DNA of 44,907 bases. Source: Candidatus Thorarchaeota archaeon (lineage in GTDB: Archaea > Asgardarchaeota > Thorarchaeia > Thorarchaeales > Thorarchaeaceae). The notes below the pieces were generated by a model that was given only the letters and a program-made list of their open reading frames with translations, was not told where the DNA came from and did not search any database. Location: the NCBI GenBank assembly GCA_029858305.1, contig JAOUFI010000013.1, positions 1 through 44,907 on the forward strand. Reading direction: 5' to 3'. Of this stretch, positions 9,417 through 18,597 are shown piece after piece (the first letter of the stretch is position 1; each line of letters begins with the position of its first letter). The position numbers and the translations under genes are program-made.

Positions 9417-10070
9417 ATGATATTGAAAATTAAACTGGTAGTCTTCGACGTAGATGGAACCCTCACTCAACATACTAGTGTGTGGTGGAGACTTCACGAG
9501 CTTTTTGGCACGACGAAAGAGGGTCGTATCTACTTCGACCAGTACTTTGCGGGTGAGATAAGCTATCAGCAATGGGCTGATTATGATGCTGCATTATGGA
9601 AAGGTCAACCAGTCGAACCTGTGATGGATGTAGTTAGGAATACTCGACTTGTTGATGGTGCAGCAGAAGCAGTTCATATTCTGCGAGAATATAATATCAA
9701 GACAGCAATCCTCTCTGGAGGGCTTGATGTCATGGCTAATGATATAGCCCGTCGGGTAGGGATTGATTTTGTTCTAACTAACAAACTCATCCATAAAAAT
9801 GGCTATCTAACAGGTACCGTTGAAAATGTCATCGGCTGGGCTGAAAAAGCAAAATACATACATCAAATTTTTGAACATTTTAGCGTGTCTCCTCAGGAAA
9901 CTGCTTTCGTCGGGGATGGCCGAAATGATATGAGTGTTTTCTCTGTTGTCGGGCTTTCAATAGCATTCAATCCAACAGACACGGATGTTGCCGATGCTGC
10001 TAATGTAGTCATAAAGGAGAACGACCTGCGGGCTATCCTCCCGCATATTATATCGGAGTACCAGCGATGA
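9417..10070 (+). CDS. HAD-IB phosphatase, phosphoserine phosphatase (SerB)-like
   Basis: FDVDGTL, ILSGG, VGDGRND, SIAFNP motifs. Confidence 0.88.
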   Translation: MILKIKLVVFDVDGTLTQHTSVWWRLHELFGTTKEGRIYFDQYFAGEISYQQWADYDAALWKGQPVEPVMDVVRNTRLVDGAAEAVHILREYNIKTAILSGGLDVMANDIARRVGIDFVLTNKLIHKNGYLTGTVENVIGWAEKAKYIHQIFEHFSVSPQETAFVGDGRNDMSVFSVVGLSIAFNPTDTDVADAANVVIKENDLRAILPHIISEYQR

Positions 10071-11217
10071 GAAGGATGAACACATATACCTGAAGAAGAA
10101 TGATCATAGCACCTTCGAAGAAATCTAACTTGTGATCATCCGTAATAGCTCTTTTCAAAAACCATAGGCTTCCCGCAATGACAATGACCTGGAATAGTAC
10201 ATACCTATCAAGGGGAATCAAGACAAACATGCCTATTCCTCCCATGACAAGTAAGACTATCTGCAGGACTCCTCCGATGAGATTCCCCACAGCCAGTCCG
10301 ACTTTTCCCTTTGCTGCTGCAATTAATGCTATACCATGTTCTGGTAATGCTCCTGCCGCACCTAGGATTAAGGCAGCTATTGCTACGTGATTAATTCCTA
10401 ATGCTGTGATAGGCTCACTATAATGATGTAGGAATATCTCTACAGAATTTGTCAGAATCTCGCCTGCGAAGAATATCCCGACAATACCCATTATGGTTAG
10501 AATGAGAGCACTCTTCTTCCTGTGAGAGGGCGTTGCCTTGTTTTCACTATCTGTCACATCTCCTGTAGCCAATGCCCATGTATAGATGATGTATGATAGG
10601 AAGAGAACAAAAGATGCGATTGCTGGAAATTTGGGATCTACTGGTGGATTCAGGCCAACCATGTCTAGAATTCCTAGGGCAAACATGCAGATTAATGCTA
10701 CAATTGTCCATCTGATTAACACAGAATCCTTCTTAATTGCCTCTTCAGGCACTTTCATGCCAGGTGTTCCTTTTGTGGATATTACTATTGTCAATCCCAG
10801 AAGAAGCATATTAAATCCGGCAGCAATCAAGACTGATAAGACTGCGATATCCAGTAAGTCGGGACTTTCATTAATCCATCCAGAATATGCCGCAATTCCA
10901 CTGATTACAGCTTCGGGCATATTACTTGCAAGACTTGACATCATGCCCGCCATGTATGCAGTATAGCCAAGATGTCCTGCTGTACTATCAAGACCTTCAA
11001 CAGCCCATTCAGAAGGTCTGAATGCTAACCAAATACCCAGAACAAATCCGAGAATCAAGACAAGAATCGGTTCTATTCCTGAAAATCTCAAGGAGAAATA
11101 TACAACAATTAATCCAAAAATCACTGTAAATTCTTTTTTCCCTGCAACGAGTGAATCTCGCACTCCATGCAATTGATTTTGGCTGTTGCTTACGTGATCT
11201 ATTCTTGAGTCTTTCAT
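10048..11217 (-). CDS. Ca2+/cation antiporter (CaCA family) membrane protein
   Basis: About 11 TM segments; two alpha repeats ASNMPEA and AGALPEH..GNLIG. Confidence 0.82.
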   Translation of the reverse strand: MKDSRIDHVSNSQNQLHGVRDSLVAGKKEFTVIFGLIVVYFSLRFSGIEPILVLILGFVLGIWLAFRPSEWAVEGLDSTAGHLGYTAYMAGMMSSLASNMPEAVISGIAAYSGWINESPDLLDIAVLSVLIAAGFNMLLLGLTIVISTKGTPGMKVPEEAIKKDSVLIRWTIVALICMFALGILDMVGLNPPVDPKFPAIASFVLFLSYIIYTWALATGDVTDSENKATPSHRKKSALILTIMGIVGIFFAGEILTNSVEIFLHHYSEPITALGINHVAIAALILGAAGALPEHGIALIAAAKGKVGLAVGNLIGGVLQIVLLVMGGIGMFVLIPLDRYVLFQVIVIAGSLWFLKRAITDDHKLDFFEGAMIILLQVYVFILLIAGTPI

Positions 11218-11283
11218 TGCACTCGGCCTATGTTCTTATGATAGTTTCAAACAGGCTATTAATGCTGATGATTCTTTGCAGTA

Positions 11284-12450
11284 TCATTTCACGTTTGTAT
11301 ATCTAGAACCCACTCCTGTGTTCAGAAGAATAACTTCCTCATCAAAATCGATAGTTCCCGCTTCAATGAGATTGCTTAAACCAGCAATTCCAACCGCGCT
11401 CTCAGGACAGATATCCAATCCTTCCAAACGCCCAACCATACGCCTAGTTGGTCCAATGTCTTGCTCAGCTACTGCTACTGCTCCACCTCGCGAGCCTCTG
11501 ATAGCACTGAGTATCTGTCTTCCTGCAAATGGTTTCGGAACACGTAAGCCCAGAGCCATAGTTTCTCCATTCAACCACGCATCCAAATCATCGGTTCCTT
11601 TTTCTATTGCTCGTACAACAGGAGCACAACCACCACTCTGCGCAGCATATATCCTTGGACGTTCGCTGCCAATCAGCCCAAGCATTTCCATCTCCTCAAA
11701 AGCTTTCCAGATTCCAATAATTGCAGTTCCACCTCCGGTAGGGCAAATGATTGCATCTGGAACTGACCATCCCATCTGCTCTGAAATTTCAAAACCAAGT
11801 GTCTTTTTTCCTTCAACCCTATACGGCTCTTTTGTTGTAGAAAGATCGGTCCAATCACCGTTTCTCTTTCTCATCTCATCTCCAGCTTCCGATATTGTAC
11901 CATTTACTCTAACAGTTGCTGCTCCAAAGAGCTCACATTGAGAGAAAAATGGTTCTGGGGTATCATCAGGCATAAAGATGTGCGCTGGTACTCCTGCGGC
12001 TGCACTATAAGCGCTCACAGACACTGCGGCATTACCTGCTGATGGAAGTGCAAAGCTTTTTGCTCCGAGTTCGAGATTCTTTGAAACAGCTACTGATAGA
12101 CCTCTATCCTTGAAACTGCCTGTTGGGTTTTGGGCTTCATCTTTAATTCTCAACATTCTTAGGCCTAGATGTTTACCAAGTTGCCTAGACAAAAGAAGTG
12201 GTGTCCAACCTTCACCAAGGCTGATAATATAGGATGGAGATTTGACAGGCAGAACTTGTGAATATCTCCACATCGAATTCAGATTTGAGGGAAAATCTCC
12301 TGACTCAATTTCCTCTTGAACACTGTTGATATCATATTTTGCGAACAAAGTGGAACCACACACACAAAATGATGTGAGACTATCTGCAGAGTGCTTTCTT
12401 CGACATTGCGGACATTCGAGATGTGATATATGAGAAATCACTTGGTTCAC
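11284..12450 (-). CDS. thrC: Threonine synthase (PLP, fold II)
   Basis: N-terminal CxxC..CxCG, SLGEGWTPL, NPTGSFKDRG, SAGNAA, EGKKT, PTGGG motifs. Confidence 0.88.
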   Translation of the reverse strand: MNQVISHISHLECPQCRRKHSADSLTSFCVCGSTLFAKYDINSVQEEIESGDFPSNLNSMWRYSQVLPVKSPSYIISLGEGWTPLLLSRQLGKHLGLRMLRIKDEAQNPTGSFKDRGLSVAVSKNLELGAKSFALPSAGNAAVSVSAYSAAAGVPAHIFMPDDTPEPFFSQCELFGAATVRVNGTISEAGDEMRKRNGDWTDLSTTKEPYRVEGKKTLGFEISEQMGWSVPDAIICPTGGGTAIIGIWKAFEEMEMLGLIGSERPRIYAAQSGGCAPVVRAIEKGTDDLDAWLNGETMALGLRVPKPFAGRQILSAIRGSRGGAVAVAEQDIGPTRRMVGRLEGLDICPESAVGIAGLSNLIEAGTIDFDEEVILLNTGVGSRYTNVK

Positions 12451-12572
12451 CTGAAACTAGACTATAAGATAATCTGTGCACTTGTACATAAGCATGTAGG
12501 ATTGATTGAATGAACACCCTTATTTATCGTTACAGTATTCAGGTTTTTCGATAGTATACGGATGTGTAGTTT

Positions 12573-13796
12573 TTGGGAGAGCTGAAACGCACTACATTGC
12601 CTTTCACAGCTATCATTGGTTTAGGAAATCTCAAATTAGCCCTAATTCTAAATGGGGTAAATCCACTAATTGGTGGAGTCCTTATATCGGGTCCGAAAGG
12701 AACAGGTAAAACAACAGTTGTTCGTGCACTTGCTGATTTGCTGCCAGAAGTTGAGGTAGTAGTAGATTGTCAATTTGGATGCAATCCAAACACTCCCGAT
12801 CTCCTCTGCGAAGAATGTAGAACTCGCGTGTCAAATGGGACAATTCTTGAATCCTTCAAAAGAAAGATGAGAGTTGTTAATTTACCTCTCTCAACAACTG
12901 AAGATCGTCTAATAGGCGCTTTAGATATCGAATTGGTCCTACAAGAGGGCATCCGTGCGTTGAAACCTGGGATATTAGCAGAAGCACATCAGAATGTACT
13001 CTATGTTGATGAAGTTAATCTCTTGCCTGATCACCTTGTAGATGATCTTCTTGACGCAGCAGCAACAAAAATTAACACTATTGAACGAGAGGGTATCTCA
13101 ATCTCACATCCCTCTAATTTTGTCTTAATTGGTACAATGAATCCTGAGGAAGGGGAGTTACGCCCACAACTACTAGATCGATTTGCTCTTCACGTAGCAG
13201 TTGGTTCTAATTACTCCATCGAAGAACGGATGGAGCTTGTCAGAAGAAATCTCGAGTTTGAGAGAAATCCCGAGAAGTTCCGAACAGAATGGCTCAATGA
13301 ACAGATAGAGCTTGAAAAGAGAATACTTCGCGCCAAGGAAATTCTGGAGACTGTAGAGCTTGATGATGCGAACTTACGTGCCATTGCGATGGCGTGTGAT
13401 GCCTTGGAGGTTGATGGTGTTCGACCTGATATTGTTATCAGCAAAACTGCTATCACGCATGCAGCATTCCAAGGTCGTTCAAAGGTCATTCTTGAAGATA
13501 TGAAACTTGCTTCTCAGCTTGCTTTAAGTCACAGAACTCGACGAGGGGGTCTCTTAGAGCCGCCCTCTTCAGATGATATTGATAGAGCAATTACAAGAGC
13601 TATTGAGGTTTCAAAGAAAAACGATAGACGAAAATCCCCAACTGAAGTTCCAAAGGAAGAAGAAAAGGCTACTGAGAAGGGAGAAAGGCGTAGTGGAGGT
13701 CGTTTTGGCAGACAATCTAGCTTTGCCCAATATGAACGACAAGAGGCAAAAAAAAACTCCGGGAAAAATAAGGAATCCTATGGGCGATCCCATTAA
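12573..13796 (+). CDS. Mg/Co-chelatase subunit I-like AAA+ ATPase (ChlI, or N-terminal half of ChlD)
   Basis: PFTAIIG, GPKGTGKTT, TEDRLIG, LYVDEVNLL, EREGIS, GTMNPEEGELRPQLLDRF, ALSHR, then charged linker. Confidence 0.92.
   Translation: MGELKRTTLPFTAIIGLGNLKLALILNGVNPLIGGVLISGPKGTGKTTVVRALADLLPEVEVVVDCQFGCNPNTPDLLCEECRTRVSNGTILESFKRKMRVVNLPLSTTEDRLIGALDIELVLQEGIRALKPGILAEAHQNVLYVDEVNLLPDHLVDDLLDAAATKINTIEREGISISHPSNFVLIGTMNPEEGELRPQLLDRFALHVAVGSNYSIEERMELVRRNLEFERNPEKFRTEWLNEQIELEKRILRAKEILETVELDDANLRAIAMACDALEVDGVRPDIVISKTAITHAAFQGRSKVILEDMKLASQLALSHRTRRGGLLEPPSSDDIDRAITRAIEVSKKNDRRKSPTEVPKEEEKATEKGERRSGGRFGRQSSFAQYERQEAKKNSGKNKESYGRSH
13748..13756 (+). other. A9 slippery run in the ChlI/vWA overlap
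   Basis: GC-AAAAAAAAA-CTCC; loss of one A or a +1 shift joins the two ORFs. Confidence 0.5.
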
Positions 13797-15246
13797 GGGA
13801 ACTTTGTGTGCTGTAATGATGGTTGTAGTATTTTCTTATTTTCTATGGATTTTTGTTAGTCCAATCAATTGGCTTTTTGGTATTTGGATTCTTGAGTTTC
13901 CACCTTTTCATGTTCTACTCATTGATACCATCATTTTTGTTCCTCTTATTTGGCGACTTATTCGTAAGTGGCTCGAAGTCATGACTCGACGAAAAAGCGG
14001 ACCGACCGCAGGAATTGATACAGTTGAACCCGGACTGGCAAAACCTGAAGAAGGCGATGAGTGGGGACTTGCTACAAGACCGTATAAACCGGAGAAACCA
14101 AACCTCATCACTGGTCCCAAATCTGACATTAGAGAGTCTCCCTTTGGTCTTGACGATGGATTCTTTGTTAAAATACCAGATATAGATACTGGAGAAGAAA
14201 TCTTTGATACAACTAAGCTTCGAAAGAGGGCTATGATACGTTCTAGAGTCACGACTGGAGGTTGGATCAACAAACGTGTAAGTTCCCGGGCAATGGGCTC
14301 TCTTAAGGCATCAGACACAGTCACGCATGGAAGACCAGTCCGCTTCCGTATTCCTTCTCACGAGATAGGAAGTATACATATCCCATCCACTGTAATGGCA
14401 GCAATTACAAGATTTGGACATAAACCTGAATTGCCAATCAGGATAACACGTGAGGACATACGAGAGAGTATGTTCACTGGCAAAACGCCCTTGACGATTA
14501 TTCTTGTTATTGATGTAAGTTTGTCAATGAAAGGTAGTATGGAGGAAGTTCGACAATTTCTCGAACGCATTGAACGTGAAACGCGTGGTTCTAAGGATCG
14601 TACTGGCATAATTGCATTCAAGGATAGTGGAGCTGTGGAGGTCCAAGCACCAACTACCAATTGGAACAAAATCTACAGAGCTTTAGGCCGCCTAAAAGTT
14701 TCTGGGCTAACACCACTTGCAGAAGCTCTCCGGAAGGCTATGGAAACCATTCAGAGAGAACGAATGAGGAGCCCAGACATAGAACCACTTCTTATAGTCA
14801 TTTCCGACTTCTCTCCCAATATACCCCTAGCACAGTCTGTAGGACCTGGACATACTCAATTTACGCCGGTTCAAGACCTCATTCGAACCTCTCGATTGAT
14901 ACGAAAAGCCAAGATACGCATAGCTGCCGTAAATGTTGACCCAGAGCAGAGCAAGTGGCCTAAGTTCCTAAAGAGACCCTACCACGATGCATTAGAATTA
15001 GCAACTATGCTAAGAGCTCGGAAAGAGGGTTTCAGTGATCCGATTGAAACTATACTTGCAGTTGAAGAATTCAGAAAGTCCTTTGGCGCCTATATTGTAG
15101 CTCGGACTGGTGGAGGTCGAGCACATCTCTCGCGTGAGCTTATGAAAGAAAAATCGATATTAAAGACACTCTTGAGAACTGGTCAATCAAAGTCACGCCT
15201 TCGCGAGGATGATTTGAGGGCGGTTGAAGAATACATTCCCAGTTAG
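13780..15246 (+). CDS. ChlD-like vWA-domain protein with N-terminal transmembrane hairpin
   Basis: Two hydrophobic helices; IHIPSTVMAA and REDIRE (ChlD-like); MIDAS DVSLSM, GLTPLAEAL, ISD; frame open from 13573, ATG 13780 has AAGGA upstream. Confidence 0.82.
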   Translation: MGDPIKGTLCAVMMVVVFSYFLWIFVSPINWLFGIWILEFPPFHVLLIDTIIFVPLIWRLIRKWLEVMTRRKSGPTAGIDTVEPGLAKPEEGDEWGLATRPYKPEKPNLITGPKSDIRESPFGLDDGFFVKIPDIDTGEEIFDTTKLRKRAMIRSRVTTGGWINKRVSSRAMGSLKASDTVTHGRPVRFRIPSHEIGSIHIPSTVMAAITRFGHKPELPIRITREDIRESMFTGKTPLTIILVIDVSLSMKGSMEEVRQFLERIERETRGSKDRTGIIAFKDSGAVEVQAPTTNWNKIYRALGRLKVSGLTPLAEALRKAMETIQRERMRSPDIEPLLIVISDFSPNIPLAQSVGPGHTQFTPVQDLIRTSRLIRKAKIRIAAVNVDPEQSKWPKFLKRPYHDALELATMLRARKEGFSDPIETILAVEEFRKSFGAYIVARTGGGRAHLSRELMKEKSILKTLLRTGQSKSRLREDDLRAVEEYIPS

Positions 15247-15300
15247 TAATTAATTTTGCATTCTCGATTAGATTATTAACAAAACAGGTTTCTTGACATA

Positions 15301-15418
15301 TGCGTATGGCTGACAAATGTCTTCTGTCATAGTGAGCGAGGAGAGCCCTGTATGGGTTTCAATGAATTTGCTTTTCATGCACTAGACACAAGCCATGCGC
15401 ACCTACCGTTTATAGGAG
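15301..15418 (+). promoter_or_regulatory. Candidate multi-stem structured leader RNA
   Basis: 11-bp closing stem 15301-15311/15391-15401, inner 9-bp stem, two hairpins, and a short hairpin overlapping the AGGAG RBS. Confidence 0.4.
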
Positions 15419-15426
15419 CCCATTTG

Positions 15427-16437
15427 ATGTTTCCAGGAAAAGTCCCACCGGAGATTCTCAATAAACTTGTCTTCTCTCATCTCGGAGTGCTGGATCCTAA
15501 TGTTCTTCTTGGACCAAGACTCGGGGAAGACGCATCACTCATTCAAATAGGTGATCTTGTGGTTGTTGCTTCAACTGATCCTATCACTGGTTCAGTAGAG
15601 GATATTGGTTGGCTGGTTGTTCATGTTAATGCAAATGATGTTGCTACTTTTGGAATAGCTCCCAGATGGTTCCTGGTTTCAATTATGTTGCCTAGTGGCT
15701 CAAGACCTGAAGAATTAGGAAGGATAATGGAGCAAATCGACAAAGCTGCTAAGACTTTGAATATTGCTGTCGTAGGTGGTCACTCGGAAATAACTGAAAG
15801 AATAGAACAGCCAATTGTCGTGGGCTTTATGATGGGGATGACTGAGAAAGACCAATATGTTACTACAAAAGGGGCGCAACCAGGAGATATGCTGTTGATG
15901 ACCAAATCCGCAGCAATTGAAGGAACTGCTATTCTTGCCACAGAGGGATATGATACGCTGTCTAAGATACTTGGTGCCGATATCATCATAGAAGCCCGTA
16001 AGTTAAGAGAACAGATTAGCGTTGTCAAGGACGGAATCCATGCATTTAGAACTGGTCATGTACATGCAATGCACGATCCAACTGAGGGAGGTCTTGCAGG
16101 TGGAATCCATGAACTGTGCGACGCCAGCATAGTAGGCTTTGAGATCGATTACAATGCCATTCCACTGAGTAAGCCAACGAGGCTTATTTGCCAAGCTCTT
16201 GATATTAATCCACTTGAGCTAATCAGTAGCGGAACCATGTTAATCACTTGTCTTCCCAAACATGCAGACTCTATTGTTAATGCCCTGCGACAAGTCGGTA
16301 TTGAAGCGAAAGCTATCGGGACAATAGCTTCTGACCCGGCTCATAGGAAGATACGCTTTGATGGTAAGATTCTAGATTTAGAAAGACCTACTACTGATGC
16401 ACTCTGGAGTGGTCTAAAGAAGTTCAGTCTGCCATGA
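15427..16437 (+). CDS. AIR synthase-related (HypE/PurM/ThiL-like) protein
   Basis: GKVPPE, GEDAS, STDPI, VNANDVAT, GGHSE, MHDPTEGGL, ISSGTML motifs. Confidence 0.88.
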   Translation: MFPGKVPPEILNKLVFSHLGVLDPNVLLGPRLGEDASLIQIGDLVVVASTDPITGSVEDIGWLVVHVNANDVATFGIAPRWFLVSIMLPSGSRPEELGRIMEQIDKAAKTLNIAVVGGHSEITERIEQPIVVGFMMGMTEKDQYVTTKGAQPGDMLLMTKSAAIEGTAILATEGYDTLSKILGADIIIEARKLREQISVVKDGIHAFRTGHVHAMHDPTEGGLAGGIHELCDASIVGFEIDYNAIPLSKPTRLICQALDINPLELISSGTMLITCLPKHADSIVNALRQVGIEAKAIGTIASDPAHRKIRFDGKILDLERPTTDALWSGLKKFSLP

Positions 16438-17203
16438 ATTTCCTTAGATGTTCAATATCTTCATCATGGATGAATTCAATTTTCACAGGTGATAGTGCAA
16501 TATTGTTGTTTACAAACACCTCATAAGCATCAGTCCCTTCCGCAGGGGTACGTTCAATTCCTAGGTACCAATAATAGGGGCGACCATTCGGGTCTAGCCG
16601 TCTCTCCACCTCGTTATGCATACGAATCTTTGTTGGCTTGGCAATTACAATCCTGCTGCTTGAAGACAATTCTGATGGAAAGTTTAGATTGAGTAAATCA
16701 ATCCCTTTTGGCATCCCTTTCTCAAGAACTCGCATTATTATGTCTCTTGTGATTCCGCAGATCTCTGTACAGTCTTGCTTTGTACCAGTTGAGTCAAACC
16801 ACTCCTCCGGAGTCGCTTGGCGCGAAACTGCAATTGCGGGAATACCTTGAATGGCTGCTTCAAATGCTGCCCCAACTGTTCCACTTGTAAGCATACTTTG
16901 GTATCCCAGGTTTGCTCCCGTGTTTGGACCTGATACAAATAGATCAATATCCTCATAGAATGATTCTGCCAGAATTACGGAGTCCGCAGGAGCTCCATCA
17001 TGACTCACAAAACTATATCCATTTATCTCATGTTGCTCGGTGATTCTGATTGGTCTTGTTAATGTTAGTGCTTTCCCAGAGGCACTTCGCTGGCTATCAG
17101 GAACGATTACAAAGAGTTCTACTTCCTTGCTTAACACTTCTGCAAGTTTTAGTAGGCCTTCGCTTCGTGGACCATCATCATTTGTCAAGCATACTCTTGG
17201 CAA
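16424..17203 (-). CDS. surE: 5'/3'-nucleotidase SurE
   Basis: LTNDDG, QRSASG, GAPAD, SGPNTGANLG, SGTVGAA, NLNFP motifs. Confidence 0.93.
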   Translation of the reverse strand: MPRVCLTNDDGPRSEGLLKLAEVLSKEVELFVIVPDSQRSASGKALTLTRPIRITEQHEINGYSFVSHDGAPADSVILAESFYEDIDLFVSGPNTGANLGYQSMLTSGTVGAAFEAAIQGIPAIAVSRQATPEEWFDSTGTKQDCTEICGITRDIIMRVLEKGMPKGIDLLNLNFPSELSSSSRIVIAKPTKIRMHNEVERRLDPNGRPYYWYLGIERTPAEGTDAYEVFVNNNIALSPVKIEFIHDEDIEHLRKFMAD

Positions 17204-17269
17204 CTGGCATTACTCCCAATGTAGACTCTTCTCAACCTGAATTAATTGCTTGATAAGAGTGATGATATG

Positions 17270-17310
17270 AAAAAGAGAGGGTTGTGAGAGCACGCCATGC
17301 TCCCACTCCC
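17270..17310 (-). terminator. Hairpin plus pyrimidine tail after the histone gene
   Basis: Minus strand GTGGGAGCA-TGGCG-TGCTCTCAC then AACCCTCTCTTTTT. Confidence 0.6.
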
Positions 17311-17331
17311 GGCATCTAGAGTTGTACTATT

Positions 17332-17502
17332 TTACAAGTCGTAGCCTTTGAGGGTCTTTCGCTTGTTTTCACTTGTCCTTTTCGCAGCGGCATCGAGCAT
17401 CATCTCGATTTTCTTATCAACAGCACCATAGAAGTCGCCGCTGACTTGGAGATTCTTCTTCTTTGCATAGTCTTGAATTGCTTTCTTAACGACAAAACTC
17501 AT
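17332..17502 (-). CDS. Short histone-fold protein (truncated alpha3 type)
   Basis: 56 aa, basic; LQVSGDF loop, long alpha2, ends RKTLKGYDL (RxTxxxxD clamp); RBS GGAGGAG and TTATATA box upstream. Confidence 0.82.
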   Translation of the reverse strand: MSFVVKKAIQDYAKKKNLQVSGDFYGAVDKKIEMMLDAAAKRTSENKRKTLKGYDL

Positions 17503-17826
17503 TGTCTTTATCACTCCTCCTTAGAGTGCTCTAAAAGGCGTTAAAGTTGTATATAAGGCTTTACAGAGAACGCATTTAATGGGCGCTTTTTGGCTATTTT
17601 AATGGATTTGCGCATTTCAAGCGAAAAAAGGGGAAAAACCATGTTTAATACCATTTACTTCTCACCATGTTGGTCAATGAGATTTGAAAGAGAATTTCAG
17701 ATATGTTTCATCCACAATTAGGTTAAATCTATTCCTTTCAATTTCGCTAACAGATTCCTCAAAACATCTAAAAGACAGGCTCTCATAATCATCTCTTGGT
17801 TATGAGCCTTGAGGCGAGTGTGAAGA

Positions 17827-18597
17827 ATGAGGTATGCTCATGGGATTATTATCGGAGCGATCATTCCAGGAATAATTTTCTTGGGAGCTGCAGCGATCAA
17901 GATTGCTGGAATCCTTGCTAGCGCGCCAACCTGGAGTGTCTATGTGAACTGGTTCTTCATAAGCATCATCTTGGCAATTGGTCTACCATTAATCATCTTT
18001 TTAGCTAGAAGAGATTTCTTCAGGGAGTTCATTATCTATGAAGCTGGAGGATTTGGGCTTTTCACTCCGTTTTGGTTATTCTTTGCAACTGAAATTTCTG
18101 GAGATTCTTGGACAGATCTATTATCAGAGGGAATTACATCTGGTCTAGTTGGTCCTGGTCCAAATGGCACAATCGTGGGAATTGATATCCGTGCTGAATT
18201 CCTAGTCTCTTTTCTTATCTTGTCATTTATAGTAGGAGTGATTCTCTTACGTCCCTCCTTTATCGCAAAATATAGTGGACCACGAGAGATACCAGAGTTG
18301 ACAGCGCTCAAGGAATCAACTGTTGAATCCGAAGATGTAGCAATAGAAGCTGAGATGCCTGGTGTTGCAGCTCCCACTACAACTGTAGATAGCGTTGCAA
18401 CGCTTAGAGAGGTTCTAATAGAATTGGGCACATCGGACCCAATAATCAATCTCATTCTAAATTCGGGTATAGGCACTACAACTGAACTTGTCGCAACAAG
18501 TCCTGATCAATTGGCAAATATCTCTGGACTTGATAGACGATCTGCTGAAAATCTTCTTATCTCAGTCCAAAAGAAGCTATGGTTCAGTGATATCTAG
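17827..18597 (+). CDS. Membrane protein with C-terminal helix-hairpin-helix domain
   Basis: About 4 TM segments, acidic linker, then LILNSGIGTTTELVATSPDQLANISGLDRRSAENLL resembling the RadA/Rad51 N-terminal HhH. Confidence 0.7.
   Translation: MRYAHGIIIGAIIPGIIFLGAAAIKIAGILASAPTWSVYVNWFFISIILAIGLPLIIFLARRDFFREFIIYEAGGFGLFTPFWLFFATEISGDSWTDLLSEGITSGLVGPGPNGTIVGIDIRAEFLVSFLILSFIVGVILLRPSFIAKYSGPREIPELTALKESTVESEDVAIEAEMPGVAAPTTTVDSVATLREVLIELGTSDPIINLILNSGIGTTTELVATSPDQLANISGLDRRSAENLLISVQKKLWFSDI

Noticed and set aside
15301-15401. SECIS, tRNA, 5S rRNA or known riboswitch identity for the structured element
   Set aside because: No matching consensus recognised; adjacent genes have no in-frame TGA, and the downstream gene is not SelD-like
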